This document shows, in pieces, positions 42,401-54,400 of a stretch of DNA of 64,000 bases. The DNA comes from Mobula hypostoma (lineage: Eukaryota). Where the stretch lies: positions 31,746,001 through 31,810,000 of the forward strand of contig NC_086108.1 in assembly GCF_963921235.1 (NCBI RefSeq), in the 5' to 3' direction. The stretch's first letter is position 1, and each line of letters starts with the position of its first letter. A program made the position numbers and the translations under genes. The notes under the pieces are model-generated. The model did not search any database and was not told the origin of the DNA. It saw only the letters and a program-made list of their open reading frames with translations.

Positions 42401-45400
42401 TCATGTGGAAAGTCATTGAGACAGTGTCTGCCATTGACTTATTGTGGCAATAGGCAAATTGCAATGGGTCCAGGTCCTTACTGAGGCAGGAGTTCAGTCC
42501 AGTCATGACCAACCTCTCAAAGTATTTCATCACTGTCGATGTGAGTGCTACTGGGCGACGGTCATTAAGGCAGCCCACATTATTCTTCTTAGGCACTGGT
42601 ATAATTGTTGACTTTTTGAAGTGGGAACTTCCGCCCATAGCAGTGAGAGGTTGAAAATGTCCTTGAATACTCCCAGCAACACACACAAAAAATGCTGGTG
42701 AACGCAGCAGGCCAGGCAGCATCTATAGGAAGATGTACAGTCGACGTTTCGGGCGGAGACCCTTCGTCAGGACAAACTGAAAGAAAAGATGGTAAGAGAT
42801 TTGAAAGTGGCGGGGGGGGCAAGGGGGAGATCCAAAATGATAGGAGAAGACAGGAGGGGGAGGGATGGAGTTAAGAGCTGGAAAGTTGATTGGCAAAAGG
42901 GATACCAGGCTGGAGAAGGGAGAGGATCATGGGGTGGGAGGCCTAGGAAGAAAGGAGGAGGGAGCCCAGAGGGTGGGCAAGGAGTTATAGTGAGAAGGAC
43001 AGAGGGAGAAAGAGAAAAAAAGGGAAAAGAAAAAAAAACAAATGAATAAGGGATGGGTTACGAAGGGGAGGTGGGGCATTAACGGATCAATGTTCATGCC
43101 ATCAGGTTGGAGGCTACCCAGACGGAATATAAGGAGTTGTACCTCCAACCTGAGCGTGGCTTCATCTTGACAGGAGAGGAGGCCATGGATAGACATATCA
43201 GAATGGGAATGGTACGTAGAATTAAAATGTGAGGCCACTGGGAGATCCTGCTTTCTGTGGCGGACAGAGCATAGGTGTTCAGCGAAACGATCTCCCAGTC
43301 TGCGTCGGATCTCGCTGTCGCCAATATAATGAAGTATCTACTGATGTCTACTATAAGCCTACGGACTCTCACAGCTACCTGGACTATTCCTCTTCCCACT
43401 CTGTCTCATGCAAAAATGCCACCCCCTTCTCGCAATCCTCCGTCTCCACCGCATCTGCTCTCAGGATGAGGCTTTTCATTCCAGGTCGAAGGAGATATCC
43501 TCCTATTTTAGAGAAAGAGGCTTCCCTTCCCTCCAACATCAACTCTGCTCTCAAACGCATCTCTCCCATTTCACGCACATCTGCTCTCACCCCATCCTCC
43601 CACCACCCCACCAGGAATAGGGTTCCCCTTGTCCTCACCTACCACTCCAGCAGCCTCCGGGTCCAACATATAATTCTCCATAACTTCCGCCACCTCCAAC
43701 GGGATCCCACCACTAAACACATCTTTCCCTCCCCCCTCTTTCTGCTTTCCCCAGGGATCACTCCCTACGAGACTCCCTTGTCCATTCGTCCCCCCATCCC
43801 TTCCCATCGATCTCCCTCCCGCTACTTATCCTTGTAAGCCGAACAAGTGCTACACATGCCCTTACACTTCCTCCCTCACCACCATTCAGAGCCCCAGACA
43901 GTCCTTCCAGGTGAGGTGACACTTCACCTGTGAGTCGGCTGGGTTGATATACTGCATCTGGTGCTCCCGATGCAGCCTTCTTTATATTGGCGAGACCGGA
44001 CACAGGCTGGGAGACTGTTTCGCTGAACACCTATGCTCTGTCCACCAGAGAAAGCAGGATCTCTATTGAGGGAGGGAGAGAGAAGATGGCGGTGCGACGC
44101 AGCCGTTCCGAATGAATATCGATTATGTGTAACAAGGGGGCCGTGCACAAACTGGATTTGATGGAGACAGCCGTGAGAAGCGCTGAGAAACATCCGGAGT
44201 AACTTCTGGAATGCCTGCTTCACTGCCGCTGCTACTGTGCGATCGAGAATCTCCGGAGACGAAGGCCCCAAATCCTCGGCTTTGCGTATCGCCTGTTGCC
44301 GGGGTCGGGGTCAAAGCACTCGGCAGAGATGGTGCTCGGTGTCGAAGAGGTGGTCAGAGGCTCGGAGTTTTCGGATGGACTCGGAGTTGGACTGTGGTCG
44401 GATGCTTCCAGGATGCTGCATCGGTGCTGGAGGTTTACCATCTGCGTGAGATGATGGGACTTTCGAGAGACTCTGAGACTTCTACTGTGCCACGGTCTGT
44501 TCTTATCAAATTACGGTATTGCTTTGCACTGTTGTAACTATATGTTATAATTATGTGGTTTTTGTTAAAAGTTTTTAAGTTGGTTTGCCATGTGTTTTCG
44601 TGATATCATTCTGGAAAAACATTTTATCATTTCTTAATGTATGCATTACTAAATGACAATAAAAGGGGACTGCGTGTCCTCATAATCATACTAATAATCT
44701 CCCAGTGGCCACACATTTTAAATCCACGTTCAATTCCCATTCTGATATGTCTATCCACGGCCTCCTCTACTGTCAAGATGAAGCCACACTCAGGCTGGAG
44801 GAACAACACCTTATATTTCATCTGGGTAGCCTCCAACCTGATGGCATGAACATTGACTTCTAACTTCCGTTAATGCCCCATCTCCCCTTCGTACCCCATC
44901 CATTTATTTATTATTATTTTTTTTCTTTTCCCTCTTTTCTTCCTCTGTCCCCCTCACTATAACTCCTTGCCCATCCCCTGGGCTCCCCCCCCCCGCTTTC
45001 TTTCTCCCTAGCCCTCACATCCCATGATCCTCTCCCTTCTCCAGCCTGGTATCCCTTTTGCCAATCAACTTTCCAGCTCTTAGCTCCATCCCTCCCCCTC
45101 CTGTCTTCTCCTATCATTTTGGATCTCCCCCTCTTCCTTTCAAATCTCTATCTCTTCTTTCAGTTAGTCCTGACGAAGGGTCTCAGCCCGAAATGTCGAC
45201 TGTACCTCTTCCTATAGATGCTGCCTGGTCTGCTGTGTTCACCAGCAATTTTTGTGTGTGTTGCTTGAATTTCCAGCATCTGCAGATTTCCTCGTGTTTG
45301 CGTTCCTGAATACTCCCGCTGGTTGGGTGGCACACCAGGTACTCAATCAGGACCTTCCGCCTTACGAGGGTTCACTTTCTTTAAAGACAGCCTAACATCG

Positions 45401-48400
45401 GCCTCTGAGACGGAGATCACAGGGTCAACAAGTGCAGCAGGGATCTTCACAGGAGTAGTTGTGTTCTCTCTTTCAAAGCGTGCATAGAAGGCGTTGAGTT
45501 CATCTGGTAGTGAAGCATCACTACCATTCATGCTATCGGGTCTTGCTTTGTAGAAAGTAATGTCTTGCAGACCCTGCCAGAGATGCCATGCATCCGATGT
45601 CCTTCGAAATTGTCTCCTCACCCTTGAAATAGCCCTCCGCAAATCATACCTGGTTTTCTGGTGCAGGCCTGGGTCACCAGACGTTAATGCCACAGATCTA
45701 GCCTTCAACAGAAAATGTACTTCCTGGTTCATCCACGGCTTTTGGTTTGGGAACGTACAGTAAGTCTTTGTGGGAATGAATGTTTAATCATTCACAGTCC
45801 AAGCTGGAAAAAGTATGTGAACCCTTGCATTTAATAACCGGTAGGACCTCCTTTAGCAGCAATAACCTCCATCAAATGTTTCTTGTAGCTGCTGATCAGA
45901 CTTGAACAACGGCGAAAAGGAATTTTAGACTATTCCTTCATACAAAACTGTTTCAGTTCAATATTTCTGGGACATCTTGCAAGAACAGCCCTCTTCAAGT
46001 CATGTCACAGCATCTCAATCGGGTTCAGGTCTGGACTGTAACTTGGCCACTCCAAAACACAAATTTACTTTTTAAACCATTCTGTTGTTGATTTACTCTT
46101 GTCTTTTAGATCATTTTGTTGCATCATCGAACTTCTATTAAGCTTCAGGTAACAAACCGCTCTACTGACATTCTCCTGCAAAATGTCTTGACATAATTTT
46201 GAACTCATTGTTCCCTCAATGATTGTAAGCCGTCCAAGCACTCAGGCAGCAAAGCAGCCCCAAACCATGATGGTCCTTCCATCATGCTTCACAGTTCGGA
46301 GGTAGTCTTGGTGTTGGTGTGCAGAGCCCTTTTCCCTCTAAACATAGCAATGTGCATTTCTGATAAAACGTTCAGACTTAACTGTCCACATAACAAACAT
46401 TTCAAGAGACTTGAATGTCATTGTAGCTTTTTCCAGCTTCATGCATCTCTACAATTCTTCTTCTAAGGTCCTCTGAAAGTTGTTTTGATCGAGGCATGGT
46501 GCACATAAACAGATCTTTCTTGATAAGGGCAGGCTCCGTCAGCCGCCTGACCATGAGTCTTTTTGCTTTTTATTTATAGGGCAGGGCACCTCTACAACAC
46601 ACCTCGAATCTCATTTCATTGATTGGAGCACCTGACTCCCAAGAACATTTATAGAAAGCATTACCCCAGATATTCACATACCTTTTTTTGAACCTGGACT
46701 CAGACTGTTTAAATGGTATAGTCAATATTGACACGAAGTACAATTGTTTGTGTGTTATTAGTTGAAGACAGATTGTGTCTATTATTGTGACTCGGATGAA
46801 GATCAAACCACATTTTATGAGTAATTGATGCAGAAAACTAGACAAGTGCTAAGGGTTCACAAACTTTCTTGCAACTATATATTGATTGAATGAGGTACCA
46901 AGTATGCCTCAGAACCAAGTTCATGACAAAACAGTGATGGAGACAAAGAAATACTGTCTCCAGGCATATCTGTTATGTTCTTTACTCATCTCAAAAAAAG
47001 GTGGTTTGGAGAATACATTCTTAAAATCAATGCCCAGACAACAACCTGGTCTCTCATCACCCCACTGAAAACAGAGGTCTGCATGACCATAACTTTATAA
47101 AAGGTACAATTGTAAGGGAGAAAAACGTAAAGCTTATGCTTCCCGAGTCAGTCAGTCGACTTTTTCCTCACAGGATGTTCAGTTTAAACTAAAGCCAATA
47201 GTCGAGAGTATTTTTGCCAAAACCCACCTGTGTTAACAGATTTTTCAATATTAATTAGAAGAGGACTTTTGCTACAACACTTGAAAAGTAACATTAGTTT
47301 TGACACGTCTGTGTGGCTATGACACAGAACAATTAAGGTCTGTATTGCCCCCGTGTCTATGATTCATCATGGATTAATTACTTAATCAGCAGAGGTTGAG
47401 TGAATGTTAATTTAGGACATCCCATGAATCCAGGTTCTCTTTTGATACAAGAGACCGAGATTTTGAAATTTGAGCAATGCTCCAAGATTTCTTTCCTTAG
47501 ATGTACACGTAAAGGATCTTGGTCACTTTGAACCACCCACTAAAAGTTGACAAAGTGAAATAAAGTTTCAAATGCCACTGTGTGTATACAGCAAGCAGAC
47601 AGTTACTAATCGCATCAATGAATTTTAAACTTCAATGTCATTGCAATTAATATACCGCAATATGCAAGGCATATCACGAAGACTTTCCTTCCACTACACA
47701 TGGCCTACAGCTGAAAGTTGGAACCAGTATTATTTATTCATTACTTTAAGTGTTGGCACTGAAGCCCAATTCAAAAACAAAAGACAGATTGCCATTTCCA
47801 ACCAAGTAGGCACCTTATTACCACATTTTCTGCTATTTCCAGTGAAAGAAAAATTGGCAATATCTTATTCAGGGAACAGGCAAGATAAAATGAAAGAAAA
47901 AAATGCAGGTGGAAAGAGGAAGATTGCATAGGAATGGAAACCAGAGAGTGAGTCATAGAGCTCCCAGGTATAGCTTTTATTACATCGTCTTAATTCTTTA
48001 CATAAAAACAGAACAGATCTGCAGGATATCTTAAATAACATGGATGAAATAGATTAAGAGACTGTTTCAAGTATGAGCATGGTCTAACAGGTTTGTTTTT
48101 GTTTTACATAACAGGTCAGGCAACACCTATGGAGGGAAATGAACAGTTGACGTTTTGGTTCAAGACCTGTAATGCCCTGATGAAATGTTGACAGTTCATT
48201 CCCCTTCATGTGGATACTACATGGTCTGCTCAGTTCCTCCAGCATTGAGTGCTACACAGATTCTGTGTTTCTGTTCTATATGTTTAATGTATTCGGTCTG
48301 TGTGATCATTGCACATTGCTCAAATTCCAAATACGCTTTTCAATAAACACTACAGAAACAGCAACCAAATTTCATGAATATACCTTTGCACAGAATACAA

Positions 48401-51400
48401 AAGCATGTTATTTTCCAGTTCATTAGCAAAGTTCCAGACTTTGATGAGGGAAAGATTACATTATTAATAAACCATGAAGTATGCTGAAAAATCAGATGAA
48501 ACAGAATGGAAACACCATCAACAAGCTTCTATCAGAAATGGAGATCAAGTTAGAAATAAACACGAGATTCTGTAGATGCTGGAAATATAGAGTAACACAA
48601 AAATGCTGAAGGAACTCCGCAGGTGAGATAACATCTACGGAGGGGAATGAACTGTCAATGTTTTGGTCCAAGACTCTTCAGCAGGGCATTACAGGAATGA
48701 AGAGTTGGGCTGAGACTCTTCATCAGGACTGGAAAGGAAGGGGGAAGCCAGAATAAAAATGGTGGAGGGAGGGGAAAGAGTAAAAGCTAGAAGGCAATGG
48801 GTTAAGCCAGGTGAAAGGGAAGGTGGGTGGGTGAGGGAGGGTAGAAGTAGTGAGAAGCAGGGAGGTGATATGTGGAAATGGTAAAGTGCTGAAGAAACAA
48901 TCTTATAGGAGAGAAGAGTGGACCATGGGAGAAAGGGAAGGAGGATGCGTGCCAGAACGTGATAGCAAGTGCAGAGAAGTATTAAATTCCATTTGCCATA
49001 TTTTCACCAAATGACTCAAATCCTTAATATCCCATTGGAGAATGGGAAGGTCATCACGACATTCCCTCCAGCTAATTCTGTATCATCCGCACACTTCGAT
49101 ATACCCTTGAATTTTATTGCCTCCTGCAGATCAATAAGTAGTGAACAGCTGCGGACTAGAAGCAAAATGAAATGCCATTGCTAAAATGCTAAAACAAGAA
49201 ACAAATAACAAAATGGATGGTAATGGCCAAGTGCAGACAAGACTAGAAATGGAACAAGAAACAAAAGATCAATCTGGGGAGACAAATTAGAACCGCAGAA
49301 CCTGAAATCACTAAAGAAAAATATTATGGGTGGTGGAAATCTGAAGTAGAAAATAGTAATGACTGTCATTACTTATTGAATTCAACACTTAAGAAATAGT
49401 GATGTACTTTTGCAGAAATGTTATTCCTCAAGCCTGCACTGAGTTGCATTTGCATAGTGTAGGAAACATAGCATAAAGGTTGGAATGCTGTAGGATCAAG
49501 ATTTAAAAAGACAAATGGCAGACAGATTAAAAAGAAACACTGAATTGCATACACACAAAGTAGAAGTGACCACACTGCAAGTGAACTGCAGTTCAGTAAA
49601 CTTGAAGTAGCACAAATAAATGTCCATTCACCTGGGAATGCAGAACATGGAGGTGAAAAATACAGAGCAGGGGAATGAAATAAGGAAAAGGCTGGGATAG
49701 CCAAGACAATCAAAGTTAGAGGGATATAATGAATCCAATCAAACCTGTTAATGACAAATCTTTGGGTGAGGCAGAAAAAGACATAGTAAGTACTGGTCAG
49801 AAAAGTGGCATCATCAGATGGACAAAATAAAGCAGGAATACTGAGAAATGTATTGGAGTCGTCATGGAAGGCAACGTGCAATGTGGCAGGAAGCATTACC
49901 AAGATACTAATACAAGTTGGTAAGCTTATGTTAAGACATTATCTCCATTTCAGAATAGAATTATCTAAGGTAGTATGTTGTAATTACAGACTCTAAGCTA
50001 CTCGTACAATGCACAGAAACTGAGAACTACTTTACTTGATATCTTCAAGATGAAAAGCAGTATTTAGATAAAGAATAGCAGTAAAACATCCATACCATAA
50101 TCTTCATCAAGATATTCTAGACGCTCTGTATTGTACTGAGATTCAGCAATTTCCTCATATTCCTCCACCATGCTGGTACCAAACACCCTAGCACAAAAAT
50201 GTTCGATGTTATTTTGAAAGCAGTGTAAAATTACATCAGTACATAAAGAGATCCACTGTTGGCCCAGTAGTTACTTATTTCATCACCACGATACTACCTC
50301 TAAAATGTTACACTGAAGTACTATAGTCTAGCTTTGATGAAGCCACTTTTAAATAGAATAACTGAATATTGCTATACTTCAACTTTCAATTTTTGGATTT
50401 GTAGTTTGAACAATTTTAATTTGCAAGTACCAGCTCCCAATCCTTCAAGGTTTATCACAGCCTTACTATTTTGGTAATATTTCAATAATATACCTTGTTT
50501 TGCAAGTAGAAAAATTGCTCCAAAAATCAGTCCAGCTTTTGAGATTTGCAATAGGTAACAGTTCAAAAAATTTGCCAAGTTGGTTGAAAAGCAGCATAAT
50601 TCCTCTTCTGGAGTCTAGACCATTGGAATAATTCTCAACTTACGACGCATCAGGCAGTGTTTGTTTGATTTCTTTTGATTGGCTAAACTTTTCTATATAA
50701 TACTATTCCCTTTTCTCAATGTTTTCATAACCACCACTCTGTTCCCAGGACGAGTCACTCCTTTCCAGAATAGCGATGTCCTCCTCCTTCAAAGAACGGT
50801 GGTTCCCTTCCACCGCAACTTCCGCCATCTTCAACGGGATCTACCGTCAAACACATCATTCACTCCCTCCCACATTCTGCTTTCCACAGGGATCGCTCCC
50901 TCTGTGATACCCTTGCCCATTCATCGCCCAATAATCTCCCTCCTAGCATACATCTGTGCAGGTTAGAGAAATGCTATACCTACCCATTCACCTCCTCCAT
51001 TCAGGGCCCCAGTCTTCCAGGTGAGGCAATACTTCACCTGCAAATCTGCTGGGGTAGTGTATTGCATCCAGTGCTCCCGATGTAGCCTCCTCTACATTGG
51101 TAAGACCCAACATAAGTTGGGGGGACTGCTTTGTCAAGCAGCTCTGCTAAAAGTGATATTTCCCCAGTGGCCAACCATTTTAATTTCTATCCCCACTCCC
51201 GTTCCAACATGCCAGTCCATGGCTGCCTCCTTCACCATGATAAGGCCACTCTCAGGGTGGAGGAGCGAAACCTCATTCCATCTAGGTAGCCTCCAATCTG
51301 ATGACATGAACATCAATTTCTCATTCTGGTAATTTTTTTCCTCCCATTTCCTCTTCGGCCTAAAACACTGATTCATTTTTATAGATGCTGCCTGACCTGC

Positions 51401-54400
51401 AGAAGTTCCTCCAGCGTTTTATATGTTACTCTGGATTTCCAGCTTCTGCAGCATGTCATGTTTATATATTGTACTTGACTTTTAAAAGCAGGAAAGACAA
51501 TACTAAAACAAAAATACTACATGTATTGAATTACCCCGACTTTAATTCAGCAATTGCCAGTGAGAGACACATTAATTAATAGTTCTAGTAACATTCTAGA
51601 GCAAGGTTTTGGGGAGAATCACAAGGTGAAAAGCTGGTTTTCATATTTACTTTACTCAAAAGGGAACACCGATTTCTGCAATCTGTAAATCTCACTACAA
51701 CTTTACCTTATAAGGCTAAGGGGACAAAAGTGCTCTGATCCAAAGTGTGAAACTAACTCCACCTACAAAAGAACAAATACTGAATTAATATGAGACAATA
51801 TTCAACAGTTCAAGTTAGGAGAAAACTGGCGATAAATTCAGAAAAATCATTCATCAGAAGTAAAACCACACAAGAATTTAAAAGAACAGAAATGCTCCTG
51901 TGAGTTGAGGAAGTGCTGGGTTGCTACCTTTCAAGTGCAATTTGTGAAAGATATTGTAAATATTGGAAATCTGCAGGTTTATAATGACCAATTCTGCAAC
52001 TTTTAATGTAGTAAATATGCACAGAGGCTCTAAACTATATAGAAAAACATATTCTGAAGAATTTCAAAAAGCTACTTACACATGAATAAACACTCAATTC
52101 TGTGCGTATTTACCCAAGTCAAGCAACAATATCACTTGCATATAAATGGAGGGATGCTTAGAAATTTAAACTCCTCATGCAATGTCAATGGCCTTCGCAA
52201 CTGAATTCAATCATCCACTACAAATGCTAACAATGAAAAATGCTGAAAATAATTCCAAAATGAATTCAAAGCTACAAGACCTGAACAATACAAGGCATCT
52301 TTTACTAAGTGATTAGAACTTCATCTGCATGAAAGAAACTTTCAACACATCAAGACTTCAATGAGACCTGCATACAATGATCAGTTCATTATTACAAATA
52401 AATATTTTTAAAGCTTATCATGAGTCACTTCAAACACAGAATTACAGGCAAGACCACACATTTCTATTAATGAGATCATTAATAAGCTAGCATAATTCAA
52501 CATATTTAGGTTAAGAATTTATTTTGTAAAAGAAATCTGCTTCTTTACTAACAAATCACAGTGTTGAGAATACAGCTGTAAACATCATTCTTGAAAGTTA
52601 TCAAAGTATAAATCAGATGTCTTAATAATTTTTAGAGAGTCATTTTGAAAATTTGATAAATGACTGTATGGGTTTAAGTTTGATGAAAATCCAATAGGTA
52701 TTGAAACAATGCTCTGGTCTGGAGACACTTATCAGCACTAGTTGTCAATTTTCTCAAACTTATTTTCTGTTCGGACAATTTTAAACAATCAAAAATCTAA
52801 ATATCACCTTTATAATAAAAGACTTAGAACGAGGAGTGACAACCCAATTTTATGCTGTACAGTCATTGTAAAGAGCAAAACAATCTGCAGTATTGATTTT
52901 TCCACAGTATGAAACAGAAGATTACTTATTTCGCCAATTGTGTAGGAAAAGAGGGGGAATAAATGACATTTCAGGTATACTAGCAAATATTTTTTAAAGG
53001 CTAGACTTGAATTGCAAGACGTCACTTTTTACATTAACTGGAAAATTAGACTTTACTAAATTGAACAGGAAAATTAAATTTGATTAAACCCGCATACGAG
53101 TAATAATTGAAACCAACAATAACAACAAAATTGGAGACCCGTTTCCACAAAAGGAGTATTTTGTGTATGCTGCAACTCCAGTTGTATAATTAAGATTTTC
53201 ACCAAACTTCACAAAGGATCTCAAAATAGTTAATGAAAATTTGTTGACAAACATTCCAGTAAATAAATTTTCCCAATTGCAGTGGTGCTGCATTTAAAAG
53301 TATGATTTATTTGGTTAGTTTTGCCAATGCACATGACTTCATTAGTAAAGGCATGCAATGTTGTGCTTCATGCATGCTAGCAGTGCCTCCAGAAAGGAAA
53401 CTTCCAATCCATGACTAACTTCTATCCATGCTAACCTTTATGTATTTGATGAACATCTGAAGCAAGAGAAAGGGAGAAAAAGATGTCAGTAAGAAGTAAC
53501 TGCCAACATTGCTCACTACATTTTATAAAAATATCAGAGTACCATTATTCGCAACCATTTTCCAAGTCTTCCTCCATTTGAAGAACTTGGAGAAGTAACA
53601 AAATAAAGTTGTCCAGGTGCTTAGAACTCTTCAAAATCAGCCATAAATCTAAGATTACAGATTTGCAAATACACCCTTACAGGATAACTCCAACATTTTA
53701 TTAATTTCAATTTTATAATAAAGATATTGCTCATTGAATGACTTCAGCTACACAAGGCAAAGAAGTGTTCACAATGATTCCGATTATATTTCAGTTAAAA
53801 AGATCATAACATTAATACTACAACAGCACAGAATTGGAAGTTCAACACAAAAGCTCTCATGCCTTCAAGTGTGGACAGGAAGAAAAGGAAACAGTGCTAA
53901 TCTGCAGATTACAGTTTTTAGTTCAGCAAAACAATGTCATTGCTGGCAAACCAAATGAATTTGAAAAAATTAATTTGTTCATGACTGTAAATATAAGCCA
54001 ACAATATAAAGAGGATACAAAGGTTTTTTCATATATAAAAAGAGAGGAGAGTGTGGACATCAGAAAATCACTGCAGAGGTAGTAATGGGGGTACAAAAGA
54101 AAATTGCTGATGAGCTTAAGTATTTATCCTGCCCAGTTTGAGATGGTGCTACTGAAGACATGCAACAGCTTACCGGTGGTTCAAATACAAAGGAATTCAA
54201 TCAAGAACATTATTAACACTTTTTTTAAAAAAGTACAATGTGGTAAACTATCACCACAAACAAAGAGGCAAGGTGAGAGCACAGCAAATTCGAGAGACGT
54301 GCCCTGCTGGTACGCTGCAAAATCGACGCACTTGGAGTTGGAGCTGTGCTGGTTAGAGTGGACGATTCAGAGGGGAAAAGATGGGACGGAGGAGTTCCAA

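Larger units (their letters stand above)
42675..45306 (+). mobile_element. Penelope-like element, 5'-truncated, with an inverted copy of its 3' end at the left
   Basis: [21 protein letters not shown] (PLE RT C-terminal part) and [22 protein letters not shown]...FAEH...GMNIDF (GIY-YIG); 11-bp TSD TGAATACTCCC at 42664-42674 and 45307-45317. Confidence 0.88.
37378..45776 (-). mobile_element. Rex1/Babar-like non-LTR retrotransposon in three pieces (37378-37905, 41725-42674, 45307-45776)
   Basis: ORF 42003..42722 has IIPVPKK...[17 protein letters not shown]...DPLQFAY...[12 protein letters not shown]...[11 protein letters not shown] 45343..45732 lies upstream. The 3' tail is AATAAACCTGATTCTGAC. 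Clade assignment is from motif recognition only. Confidence 0.83.
37213..46877 (-). mobile_element. Tc1-family DNA transposon (internally deleted), split inside one long TIR by nested insertions
   Basis: 37213-37376 plus 45777-45830 form a long inverted repeat of about 46660-46877. The minus strand of 45980-46300 encodes [17 protein letters not shown] and [17 protein letters not shown] (Tc1 DDE motifs). Confidence 0.85.

Noticed and set aside
49369..49902. 177-aa hydrophobic ORF as a membrane protein
   Set aside because: It is the T-rich antisense reading of A/G-rich intronic DNA, with no recognisable domain or splice context.
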